DNA from: Octopus sinensis
Lineage: Eukaryota
Assembly: GCF_006345805.1 (NCBI RefSeq)
Contig: NC_043001.1
Span: 61,566,001 to 61,630,000 of the forward strand
Length of the DNA: 64,000 nucleotides
Direction of reading: 5' to 3'
Shown here in pieces: positions 52,488 to 64,000 of this stretch (the stretch's first letter is position 1; the number at the start of each line of letters is the position of its first letter). Below the pieces are notes generated by a model. It was given only the letters and a program-made list of their open reading frames with translations. It had not been told where the DNA came from and did no database searches. A program made the translations under genes and the position numbers.

Positions 52488-54774
52488 CAGGTGAGAAAGT
52501 TGGTGTGTGAAAGCACGTGGTTGAATATATAGAAAATAGTAAAAAGTGAAAAAATTACAGAAGGCTTGTTTTAAAAGGTTAAAAAATATATTTGTGTCAT
52601 TATGTTAGAAGAATGTTATAAAATGTTTTCATACAGTGACATAATTTTTGAAGAAATTACCGGTTTCCTGTTAACTTTTCAAATTTCTCAAAACATCGTG
52701 TTATGTCTTCGATATGAAGTGTAAAGAAGAGTTCCAGGTAAGGGGAGGTAATAAGTGATTTCTTCCGGTGTAAGGGAGATAATCGCTTTATATTTCTTGC
52801 CTCTTTTATTTAATGGGGTGAGTTTCTCTGTATAAGAATGTTCGAGTGGTTAAGTTTGGGCTTATATTTTTCAATGAAGAATGTTTCCTTGTTTAGTCTA
52901 ATTTGTGTTGGTGTTCCAATAGCACATTGATAAAATGGAAAGATTAAAAATTGTGGTAGTAGCTGCTTTGCGCATTTCTCAATATGCTCACCAAAGGGTA
53001 TCATTCTCTATTCTGGGAATGCAATCTGTTGTCGATGCAGTGTGCATCTACGTCTGAGTGATAGTCCCGTAGACCCCACATAGTCTTGGTTGCAGCCCGA
53101 GCATCTTATGACATAAATTATGTTTTCAGAAGCACAAGTAAAATTAGATTTGATCTTGAATTTTTGTCCCACTTTGAAGAGGAATTCTAATCCTTCTAGA
53201 AGGTTTGGGCATGTTGCGCAGTTTGGTCTACCACATTTTTTTACTTTTGCATCCGTAATTTCAGAAAACAATTTTGCCTTTGTGAGAATCTTTTTAAGTG
53301 ATTTAGGTTGTTTGTAGCTTTTAATGATTTTATGTATGTTTAGAATTTCCTTTATTTTGGGGTCCTTATGAAGTATTGGTAAATTCTGGGTGATGATGGT
53401 GAAGGCTTCTTTGTTTCTGGGGTTGTATGTGGATATGTAAGGCAGTATTTTCGGGGAAGGTGTGTTGTTGTGTTGAACTTTTCTCAAAGTTTCTATGTCG
53501 ATTTCTGTTGCACGTCTGATCCCATCCTCTATGAGTTGAGCTGGGTAGTGTCTGTCAATTAGGGTGTTTTTGAGTTCTTGTAGTCTAAAGTTCCTGGTAT
53601 TTTGTTCTGACACTATTGTGCATATCCTTCTTGCAAGGTTGAAAGGGATGTTTGTTTTAGTGTGTCTTCGGTGGCATGAATCAAAAAGTATGTATTGTTT
53701 GGCGCCTGTGGCTTTGTAAAAAATGTCTGTTTCTATTTTAAGGTTAATTTTTTTAATTAGTATATCTAAGAATATAAGCTCCTTTTGGTTGTATTCCATT
53801 GTGAACTGTATATTTGGGTTGATGCTGATCAATAGGTTTTTGAATTTTAGGAGTTTATCTGTGTTTTCATTCCAGAGTATAAAACAATCGTCCAGGAATC
53901 GTTTCCAATTCTCTTTTATGTATTGAGAGGGGGGGTTTCCAAAGGTCGATAAAGATTCCTGGTAAACAATTATTTCCAGGTAGCCCATTGTTAGGTTCGC
54001 AATGACTGGTGCTGCCCTTGTACCCATAGCAATTCCGGATTTTTGACGGTAAAATGTATTGTCAAACATGAAGTGGTTATTATGTAGGATGAATTCAACC
54101 GATTTAGTAATGAATTCTTTACTGATCCTTTTTGGTATTTCTTCCGGAAATTGGTCCAGCCAGAACTGTATTGCCTCTAGTCCATAATTATGAGGTATAC
54201 TGGTATATAAATTAACTACATCAAATGAAACCATGATTGTTTCTTCCTTGACCTTTTTTGGAAGGTGGTTTAACATATCCAAGTCATCTCTGATATGACT
54301 ATCGATATGTTTAAGGAAGGGTTTCAGGAGGATGTCCATAAATAGACTTAATCTGTGTGTTCCATAGGTTGGGTCAGCTACAATGGGTCGTAGTTTTAGG
54401 TCTCCCGGGTTAGGTATGTGTATGTATGTCTTTGGTGATTTTTTAATGGTTTCATTTATAATTTGGCTTTTATGTATTTTTGGCAGACCATAGAAGAGGC
54501 TAGGCTTGCATTTAAAGTTTGTTAGAAAATCGATCTCTTTGGTTGTTAGTTCCTTTTCATGGGTTTTAATTAGTGAAGAAAGAGTTTTCATTATTTTTTG
54601 TGGGGTGTAGTTGGTGATTTTTTCATAATGTTGATTTTCATCAAGCAAGGAAATTACAAGATTTCTATAGTATGATGTATCCATTATTACAACTGCATTT
54701 CCCTTGTCTGCTTCCTTAATAGTTATATCCTCATCATTTTGAAGTTCTATCAGTTCCTTCCATTGTGTAGTGTT
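52488..54774 (-). mobile_element. Penelope-like retroelement, 5'-truncated, inserted in (TA)n
   Basis: RT plus GIY-YIG ORF, a frameshifted tail at 52810-53004 (ETFFIEKYKPKLN), then a non-coding terminal repeat. (TA)n flanks both sides. Confidence 0.93.
53008..54684 (-). CDS. Penelope-like reverse transcriptase plus GIY-YIG endonuclease (558 aa open, N-truncated, frameshift near C-terminus)
   Basis: FYGLPKIHK, LRPIV, SFDVVNLYTSIP, GIAMGTRAAPVIANL, WKRFLDD, FLDI, CGRPNCATC, IIYVIRCSGCNQDYVGSTGLSLRRRCTLH. Confidence 0.9.
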   Translation of the reverse strand: MDTSYYRNLVISLLDENQHYEKITNYTPQKIMKTLSSLIKTHEKELTTKEIDFLTNFKCKPSLFYGLPKIHKSQIINETIKKSPKTYIHIPNPGDLKLRPIVADPTYGTHRLSLFMDILLKPFLKHIDSHIRDDLDMLNHLPKKVKEETIMVSFDVVNLYTSIPHNYGLEAIQFWLDQFPEEIPKRISKEFITKSVEFILHNNHFMFDNTFYRQKSGIAMGTRAAPVIANLTMGYLEIIVYQESLSTFGNPPSQYIKENWKRFLDDCFILWNENTDKLLKFKNLLISINPNIQFTMEYNQKELIFLDILIKKINLKIETDIFYKATGAKQYILFDSCHRRHTKTNIPFNLARRICTIVSEQNTRNFRLQELKNTLIDRHYPAQLIEDGIRRATEIDIETLRKVQHNNTPSPKILPYISTYNPRNKEAFTIITQNLPILHKDPKIKEILNIHKIIKSYKQPKSLKKILTKAKLFSEITDAKVKKCGRPNCATCPNLLEGLEFLFKVGQKFKIKSNFTCASENIIYVIRCSGCNQDYVGSTGLSLRRRCTLHRQQIAFPE

Positions 54775-54823
54775 AAAATATATATATATTGTGTATTAAA
54801 ATATATATATATTGTGTAGTGTT

Positions 54824-54892
<69 letters not shown>

Positions 54893-55264
54893 AAGGGTGG
54901 AAAGGAACACACGAGTTGATATATATCAATGGTTATATCTTCATCATTTTGAAGTCGCCTAGCATGTATGAATAGTCAATAGACAACATATTCATATTTT
55001 CAAATAGTGTACACTAACACAAAAGAAAACTACCCTTTAACAGGTAATTTTTACATGATAGAAATAGCAGCCAACACGGCCAAAACCACGACTTAATAGC
55101 AATTTTCGAAGTAAATGAGAAATAATAACTTTTACGTTGTTATTTTTATTAGCGGTTATACCATGGTTTCGAATTTTAATATATATATATATATATATTG
55201 GTAAAAACGGTAAGATAACAAAAGAAAGAAAGAGACCTCAATATTATGTAAATAGAGGAAATTT

Positions 55265-55434
55265 ATCTGTAAATTGATATGTTACCATTATTCAATAGCC
55301 AAGATAAAACTCTGAGTTTCGGATGCCGAAGTGGAAATCCACAACACCAGAGATAGTGTTGCGGATTTCCACTTGGGCATCCGAAACTCAGAGTTTTATC
55401 TTGGCTATTGAATAATGGTAACATATTAATTTAC

Positions 55435-55438
<4 letters not shown>
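55265..55438. repeat. Near-perfect hairpin (~83-bp arms, 8-nt loop) made of a Penelope terminal-repeat-like sequence
   Basis: The arms differ at about 3 positions. The arm sequence is homologous to 63505-63575 and is flanked by (TA)n. Confidence 0.9.
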
Positions 55439-55511
<73 letters not shown>

Positions 55512-57029
55512 AACATACATACATATTTACGCTCTCATATACATGCATATATATGATCATGAATGTGTCTGTGTGAACTTACTAAAGGTATAAAAAGCAG
55601 TTGGTGTATTAATTATACGAGAAAAATCCAAATCACACCTAATTTCCTTTGTAGGAAAGTTCTTTAGTTATTTCAAGGCCTCTATGGGCATTACACTCTT
55701 TGCTTATGCATATATACCAACAAGAGAAGTCGTATGTAATTTTATATGTGTAAATATATATATATATATTATGCATATAGATTTATATATGCGTCTACAT
55801 ACTTGTGTGCATGAATGTGTGGTTGTGCGTGTGTGTGTGTTTGTGTGTGTAGTAGTATAATCGTATCATAATGTTAGTGTTGTAAACTATATTATGCATG
55901 GCGAGAAGATTAGAAGATAAAGCTCTCAAAACATTGGTAGATATAATAAAACTTATATATGTAAATGTGTTTTTGACAGGAGGTATGGAAATCATATATA
56001 TTTTCTGAACACTGTAAATAAATTTTAATAAAAGATTTGCCGATAATAAAATGACATATCAATAATTCTTATATTGGCATACATCTCTCCTCCGTCTATC
56101 AAAGCTATGCTTGTTGTCTCATTACAAGAGGATGTAATAAATAAAACTACATTTTAAAACGACTGTATGCTAAAATATATGAGGGATACAAACCAGTCTG
56201 TTAATGGAAAAGTCTTGTAATTTAAGATAAATAATAGCTGCCTTTTACAGTTAGAATTATACTATTGTTCATTTCTTTATATGATGCCATTAAAATATAT
56301 AAAAAGAATTGCACGTTTATATTTCCAATGAAATACATTCAACAATTTGGCGTTTTCATTTTAATCAACATAATTAATCATCAACATTATTTTTATCATT
56401 TTCGCTGTTTGAAAAGGAGGATCATGTATATGTGATTAAGTGTTTAAACACTTTATTTTCATATTCCAGCAAGCATTTGCAAAGACTCATTTCAAATTAC
56501 ATATATTTACAACGTTTGATCAGTTCCATTCCTCATCCACTCCTCGCAATGCCACGGGTTGTAACATATATTTCATCGATTCTCACGATCTCATTATTTA
56601 TTAAAGTTAGCAACATTATAGATCTCTTGTCGTTTCCTTTGCATAAAGTACTCGTGACATGGACACGCAGACTAGTTAATGTTTTAGCAACTGGGTATTG
56701 AGTCATCTGTTTTGATATTGTTAGAGAATTTGTATTAAAAGCAATGACATTATGTCAAGACGAATACTTAGTTGGCAGATTGTGTTATTGCATTCAGAAA
56801 CTGTCTATCGTGTATACCTATACACGGATATATGCTTTCAATGTTACAAACTGTAGAACGTTAAGGAGGAATGAACTCAAAAATCCCTGGCTATAATCAC
56901 AGTGTTGCCGCCGCGTCCATCGACTTGGGTGTGATACGATAATGGTAGTATTGTGATGTATGGTGTGATGAGAGAGGTAAATGCTAAAACCCTTGGTAGA
57001 GGAGCCCAAAAGGTGGGAGGAAGTGGAGA

Positions 57030-57820
57030 GAAATAGCAGATAGTCGGTTATTGTTTGCTGATGATACAGTACTGGTGACGGATTCGAAAGAGCAGCTGGG
57101 AAGATTGGCGGTAGAGTTTGGAAGGGCGTGTGAGAGGAAGAGACTGAAATTGAATGTAGCTAAGAGTAAGGAGATGAGATGTTCTAGAGATAGAATGGCT
57201 GGTAGGATGGATGTGAGTATAAATGGTGAGATGTTAGAGGAGGTGACTGCTTTTAAGTATCTGGGGTCACATGTGATGGTAGATGGCGGGGTTGACTGAG
57301 GAGGTGGTATATTAGATTGAAGGAGAGGAGTAAGATACTTGGAGTTGTGAAAGGTATGCTGAGAGATAAAAGGTTGTGTATGAAAGCGAAAAGAGACATG
57401 TATAAGGGCGTGATTGTGGCGACAATGTTATATGGTGCAGAGACGTAGGGGCTGAGAGAAGTGGAAAGGAGGCAACTAGATGTGTTTGAGATGAGATGTT
57501 CTGAGAGCTATGGTTGGTGCGTCACGGAGAGAGAGAATGAGAAATGAGGTGCGCAGAACTGCAGGAATGAGAGAAAAACTAACAACCAAATTGGATAGAC
57601 GAATGTTGAGGTGGTTTGGCTACATGGAGAGGTTGGATGATAATTGTAAGGAAGGTGATGAAGGCAGACGTGGTAGGCAGCAGAGCCAGAGGCAGGCCTC
57701 GGTTTGTGCGGATGGATGGGAAGGGGGAGATTTTGTGGTTAAAGTTTTTGGAGTGAGAGAGGCAAGAGAGTTTATAAATGATAGGAATGTTTGGAGAGTG
57801 TTTGTGGACGAATGATTTAA
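57030..57820 (+). mobile_element. RTE-clade LINE 3' remnant
   Basis: LFADDTVLV..LKLNVAKSKEM..EEVTAFKYLGS, then MLYGAET and LDVFEMRC, then LRWFGYMERLDD. Confidence 0.85.
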
Positions 57821-58034
57821 TTTTGATGTTGCTCAAAGGGGTAGAGAACAAGTATGATGCGGAGGGGGTGAACCAGCGCATGCTGTCGGGCTACCCTGTT
57901 GATATTGAGGGTTGCATTCTATGCCATGACTAGTGAATTGAACGAGATCGCCCCCTTGAGCTGGGAAATGAATGAAATGCCTGATGAGTGTCTTGTTGTA
58001 GCTACCTCTCCTAAAGATGGGGAATAAGCCTGGG

Positions 58035-58065
<31 letters not shown>

Positions 58066-58389
58066 TTTGGAATTGGTTTGCAAGATTCTTTATGTGAGCT
58101 CGTGTGTTGGAGCATATTCTGTTGTGTTTGGGGACAGTCATTCTCTTTTAGAGCCTTATAATTTAACACACTCACAAGTAAAATTTCCACTCATTTCCCT
58201 CTTTATTTTTCTAAAATTTTTGTTGCGTCTTGCAACCTTTTCAATAGAACTACTGAAAAAGGCACTAAAAGAGAATGACTCTCCCCAGACACAAGAGTAT
58301 ATATATATATATATATATTACTGTAATATCTCTATGTTATCATCTGTCTTCTTGTCCGTTTGAATTTGCAAATTCAACTCCGATTGAGG

Positions 58390-58960
58390 TGCTTTTCTAT
58401 CCGATGAGTATACCATATATTCCATGCTTTAAAACTTCATTTCTGTCAAAGCTTCAATATAAAACTTTCACAACTTGATTAAGCCTCCATTTCTTATATT
58501 CGCGTTCGGTCACCATGGGACATTCTACAATGATGTGTTCAATGATTCGTATTTCATTCCAAATTCCACATACTGTACATTTTGCCGGCACTTTCTACCC
58601 ATACATATATTCTCTCAGGTTATTTGTTTACAGTGGATGATCTTCAGGTGGTATTTATTTATCAATTGTCCCTTTTAAAACCAAGCCCAGGATTTTGTCC
58701 CACATACATTTTCAGAGGGTTTCCAAAACTGACCATGCAAAAAATTTTCATCAATCTAAGTAACATGTTGTCTTTCAATTTCGCTCTTGTACTTTTCTCC
58801 TTTTCCAGTCTTTATCACATGTTCTTTATTCAATACATTTACAAGCTTTCCTTTGCTGTTCTGTAGACAATCGAGTAAGGTATTTCCTTCCAACCGCACG
58901 CGCTCTTCCACACAAATTAAGGCTCTTCTACCCTGGTCTGTCTTCAATTACAATTGCAAT
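58390..58960 (-). mobile_element. Highly decayed RLE (R4-like) LINE C-terminal remnant
   Basis: GRRALICVEE, MHGQF..SWAW and CTVC..IEHIIVEC..EYK motifs spread across broken frames. Confidence 0.55.
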
Positions 58961-60630
58961 ACAACCGGTAAATATCAGCTTTCGAATACAGACACCATAG
59001 CTATCTAGTTTTTCTGTCAAGTTTCTGCATTCCACCTTTTGTCTGGTCCACAAGTTCACTTCCATTACTTGATAACCGGCGCTGCTTTTAAATTAATCCT
59101 TTCAATAACATTTCATGAATTTCGTCTTGATCGCTTCAATAACATTTCTTGAAATTAACCTTTACGAATAAATCTTGCTGAAGATAGTAGATATACTTTC
59201 TACACTGTTCCTATGTGCAAAATAAAACCAAGGTTTTCAAAGCTTGTTCTCAGTTATGAGGAGAACGCTCTCAAGGCCCCAATCATAATTGGCAGGATCA
59301 TGACCATGTTAATTTTTCTGTTACAATATTTGGAGATGTCATACTTCAAGTAACGTGAAACTGGAAACTGCAGTGTAAGACAAACTTACTGGTGGAACAA
59401 GCTACTAAATCTTCACCCTGTTCAAGTCTCAACCTTTATATTGATGGCCCTAAATAAGGACAGTCTCAAGTATTAGTCTGATCAAGACAAATACTAAACT
59501 TTGATCTTAGCAGCTGTACGAACTGGATACAAGTCTTAACCAGATACGTCAAGGACCAGCAAGGCTTTACATCTAAAGATGTAAGCTGGTGAGGTACTAT
59601 GTAATTAAAAAATTGATTTCTGTAATATAAAATGATTCGTTTATTTATTTTTAAATAAATAATACTAAAACTGAATGAATAAGATCCTATTTATATGGTG
59701 AACAATTTACATAAAACACGTGACATATCAATAACTATGGTCTTTTGCAATTCTCATAATTTGAGACTGACGTGAATTTAGTTTGCATAATTTCTTTGAT
59801 CTTTTCGCTATCATTTCAAGTGACGTGGTAAAGTTCAAATGGGCTGTCCATGTGGAATCGTTTGGTAGCTCATAAGGAATTTAGAAGCATGCCTGCAAAA
59901 ACCTAGGAGCACCGTATATTATATTATATTATATTATATTATATTATAACATATTATATTATATTATATTATATTATATTGTATTATAATATATACTCAA
60001 ACAATTGAATATTCAATATTCTCACACCTCTCTGATGAACGGTCACATGAAATTCTGAACAGGTTTGGGAAAATTTTTTCAGCTTTAATAAAATAGTATA
60101 TTAATCTAGCTTTGGTATTCGAGTACTATTTCTTTTATCTTGTTTTGCACCTATGTGCTGTGTGCCCCCGCACGCGTGTGTATGCATGTATGTATACAGG
60201 TATGCATGTATGTATGTATGTATGTATGTATGTATGTATGTATGTAGTATGTATGTATGTATGTATGTATGTATGTATGTATGTATGTATGTATGTACGT
60301 ATGATTTTTCTTTGAGTTCATCGTGAAAGAGCTGAAGCCAATCGCTAAGAACGAGACAAGCTTATTTGAGTTAAAAGATTCTCGGTGTTTGTAAATATGG
60401 GGTTGAGTTAATTTGTTGGTTGAACTGTCGATGCACATACCGAAATGTGTGGATCTATTCACATAGGAGTCTCAGATGGAAATCTTCACTATACCATTAT
60501 TAGATTTGATGTGGAGAAATACACGTCAGTTTCTTTGCCATTTCTCCGTGAAACTGTTTACATCCAAGATTTTGTGCAAATTTATTCTATGTATGTAGGT
60601 ATGTATGCATGTGTGTATGTGTGTGTGTGT

Positions 60631-60661
<31 letters not shown>

Positions 60662-61699
60662 CCTTAATATAATATCTAATATACAGATATTATTGGTCTA
60701 AAGAATTATAGATTTGTCAATCATTGATAATACATTATAATGCCGCTGATAAGCACTAGCCTTGTAAATACCCTTGTTCATCTATAGAATTACATACTGC
60801 GATTACAGTATAGCACTGGTTTTAGATGCTTTACAACTCTATTCTCCGTGATAACAGAAACTGAAAGAATTTCATATAGATTCCTGGACATCAAATAAAA
60901 CGAATGCATATATGTTACCATTTGCATTAAATTTAGTGTAGCTCTGGCAATGCAAGTGAAATCTGTTTTCTGTTACATATAATTAATAATGAATTCAAGT
61001 AACCTAGTAGACAAGAACAGTCCATGTTTTATCGTTATTAGTCAGTGTCTTTTATCATCAGTGATGTGGATTATTATACATTCAATCAATCAATTGTCAT
61101 TTTATAATATACTATATGCTGTACACCCAGGCTGACAGAACATTGCTGGCACTGGAACATTATAGCCTTAATGGGAAATGCAGTTCTTCTGTTTGCTCTT
61201 GAGAAAATTGAGTGCACATGATAGGTTAAACTAATTGACAATGTGATTACGTAGTAGAGTGGAAACTTGTCGGTAGAAATAAGCCATTGATCCGGTTGAT
61301 GATAGTTTGATAACAATATTAAGGAGTTTATCATTCATTCTCATACGATGGTCAGTATGAAAAACCTTGACAACTTATTAACTGGGATTCACCTTTCATT
61401 GAAAGCTATCAATCAGTACCGTGTAATTATTGAAACAGTTCTCGAGCAACAAACAGTAAATACGAAGTTTTAAAAATAGCTCATGAGCTAACTAAACAAA
61501 AATAAATAACATTATATTAAAATTTCGAGTTACAAAATATATGATATGTTTACACCTCCGTTACAAAAACATTTGCAGATCAGTTGCATTATCAATCGAT
61601 TTCTTGATAATATACAAACTAAATAGGAATATTGAAAAGCTTCATATTATTAATATTGATATTATCTAAATATCAAGCTTGTTCAGATTGAATTAAAAT

Positions 61700-62527
61700 A
61701 TTCACAGGACCCGTGAATATTTCAAAGATTCAATGGTAAATCTATTGAGCTATTTCTGAAAATTTTATCAAAAGAAAAAACTGAAATCGTGGCCTGTGTT
61801 GTGTCTGTATGCAAATGGAAAGATAGTAGCTCATCTGCTACTCATTAAAAAGTGAAAGAATACGATGACTATTTAATGCACTTTATATATATACTTTATG
61901 CACATTTTTATAGACTTAATACACAGCACTCATAAAATAAATATTCACTCTTAGATTTCCATTTTTGCCATAACGAGAAAAAATCCCGTATATATGAAAC
62001 TTAAATTGCATATGTCTGCCACGTAAATAAGCATGATATTTCGCGGAATTGCACTTATGCGCATGCGTTAAGTGATAGGTGATATAAAAAAATTCAAGTT
62101 TTAAAAAATAAACTTTTCGCTATCCAATCACCACCACCAACATCATTATCACCTCTTGCTCCCTCTCTCATTCTCTCCCTCCTCTCTTTTCCTTCTCTGT
62201 CTCCTCCCCTTCTCTCTACCTTTCTTTAGCCTCACCATCAGAACATCACCCCTCTGCTAAAATCATACACCTAACTCTCTTTCTCTACATCTCCCCTTCA
62301 ACTAATTATTTCAGCCACGTAATAATTGTGTTCCTCCTACCTCACATCATGGACGCTTTTCGCTCCCTTTTACTCTTTCCGCCTTATTATCTCTCCCTCT
62401 CTTTCTTTTTCCCTCTTTCTGTCTCTCTCTCTCTTCGCCTTATGCTCTTTTTCTCTCTCCATATACTTTCTTCTCTCATTCCCTTCAACCAATCACGTTA
62501 GAGCGTTACTGACTGGCTAAGTAACGG
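61700..62527 (-). repeat. Second copy of the unclassified repeat at 45929-47050
   Basis: Shared blocks such as ATCACTTAAC(C/G)CAT(T/G)CGCATAA and TTTTAGCAGAGGGGTGATGTTCTGATGGTGAGGCTAAAGAAAGG. Confidence 0.7.
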
Positions 62528-63468
62528 AATGACAAGCAGAATTATTATATGATATTGAAATGTTACATACTGAACAAGTTTTGTTTAGTCGTACGTATAA
62601 GAAATGAACTGTAAATATGTGCCTTACATGTAGGTGTGTATGCGCGCGCGCATGTGTGCATGTGTATGTGCGTGTAATCCCATATATATATATATCCCTC
62701 TCCTTCTCCTCCTCTCCCACTTCCTCCTCCTCTCTCCCCTCCCCTCCTCCACTCCTCTCTCTTCTCTCCCCCTCTCACTCTTCCCATAATCCCCACTCTA
62801 CCCCAAACCCCAGCCGAACCCACACCCCACATGGGCTTTCCCCACTGTCGTCCCCCCACCTTCCCACAACATCACACCACACTACACTACACCATACGAC
62901 ATTACACATCATATCACAACACACCACCCACAGCACACCGCTCACATTACACATCACATCACAACACACCACCCACAGCACACCGCCTACACACCCATCC
63001 CCACATCTTTACACCTACGCATACATACACATATCATATCACAACACACCACCCACACACCCATCCCCATATATCCACACCCACACATACATACATACAC
63101 ACGTCCAGACCACCAGCCCTCTTTCACACGTACATACATACTCTTTTATACGCACACGCACCTTCAGGTTGGGGCGAAGCCACTTGGCCCCGTTATCCCT
63201 CTAGCGTCTAACGTCTGATCTCTGACGTCTGACCTCTGACCTCTGACTTCTGCCTGAAATCAGAACGCCATGATGGACCGTTAGCTCCTACACGCATTTT
63301 TTCTCTCCTTGCTTCTCTCCTTGTTTCTTTTGTGTATCTTTCTGTCGAAGAGCGTAGGCTCGAAACGAAAAAGACTTGTTTTATTTCTATTTCTGAGCGC
63401 CATAATATTGCAATTGTTTGTTTGTACTCCATCTGCCTTCGTCTTTTGTTTATTTTCGTAAATCTTCC

Positions 63469-63499
<31 letters not shown>

Positions 63500-63528
63500 C
63501 AATAATATGTTACATTATTCAATAGTCA

Positions 63529-63588
63529 AGATAAAACTCTGAGTTTCAGATGCCGAAGTGGGAATCCACGACATCTCTTCGGTTATCT
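63529..63588 (-). ncRNA. Candidate variant hammerhead (CCGAAGA core)
   Basis: Minus strand: AGATAA-CCGAAGA-GATGTCG..CGGCATC-T-GAAA-CTC-A-GAG-TT-TTATCT. Three stems are present and the core has U4C. Confidence 0.55.
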
Positions 63589-63759
63589 GGCTATTTGAAA
63601 ACGCTATGAAAAAATACCGTTATACAAAGGGAAATTACTGTGTTATAACTCTGCTTGCCTGCGTACTTATTCATCGCTCGCATTTTTCGCCATAAAAATT
63701 ATATAAAAATACATAAAAAATATATAAAAAATATATAAAAATATATATAAAATCTTCTT

Positions 63760-63990
63760 GGGACATAACATAGAAAGCATGTTCTATTTGTTTTCTTTAG
63801 GGGACCAAAAACGTAACAGAAATTTAGTCACATGTGGGCATGAACCAAAAAGTTCTGTCCTTGTGTTTAGACATGTAGTAGGGTCTAAGCTGCTTTTCCA
63901 GATAAGCCATCTCTCCATGTCGCATAGACCGCACCTTCCGCTGCCATTGGTATAGGGCTTACATCTGGCCAAAATCTTCCAATGTATGTA
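63760..63990 (-). mobile_element. Penelope-like (Neptune-type) C-terminal fragment
   Basis: RCKPYTNGSGRCGLCDMERWLI..LNTRTELFGSCPH matches the C..C..E..I..LN.R.EL...C.H tail that follows GIY-YIG in these elements. Confidence 0.7.
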
Positions 63991-64000
63991 TAAGTACGCA

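Overview
Repeat-saturated, AT-rich animal DNA, most likely from a coleoid cephalopod such as an octopus. That is an inference from the mix of tRNA-derived SINE, Dong/R4, Tx1, Penelope and RTE elements and the very dense microsatellites. I could not support any host protein-coding gene. Most of the window is nested, decayed retroelements, each family sitting in its own microsatellite: Tx1/L1-clade LINEs in (TATC)n, Dong/R4 RLE-LINEs in (TAA)n, and Penelope-like elements and their terminal-repeat fragments in (TA)n. There are also mariner, RTE and SINE remnants. The standout feature is a 9.4 kb non-coding array at 17321-26690, made of ~507-bp units that each carry a type I hammerhead ribozyme (HHR) fold. 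The fold is CCAUG / CUGAUGA-U / long stem II / GAAA / palindromic CUAA-U-UUAG stem III / UA / CAUGG. About 17 units lie on the + strand and ~1.5 units are inverted at the left end. A 37-nt templated junction joins the two arms, and both outer ends fuse to (TA)n at internal TATATA motifs. This looks like a retrozyme or ribozyme-satellite insertion, possibly made by twin-primed reverse transcription of a multimeric or circular RNA. Several other intact, variant or decayed minimal hammerheads are dispersed through the window. All folds were paired by eye and none was computed or assayed.
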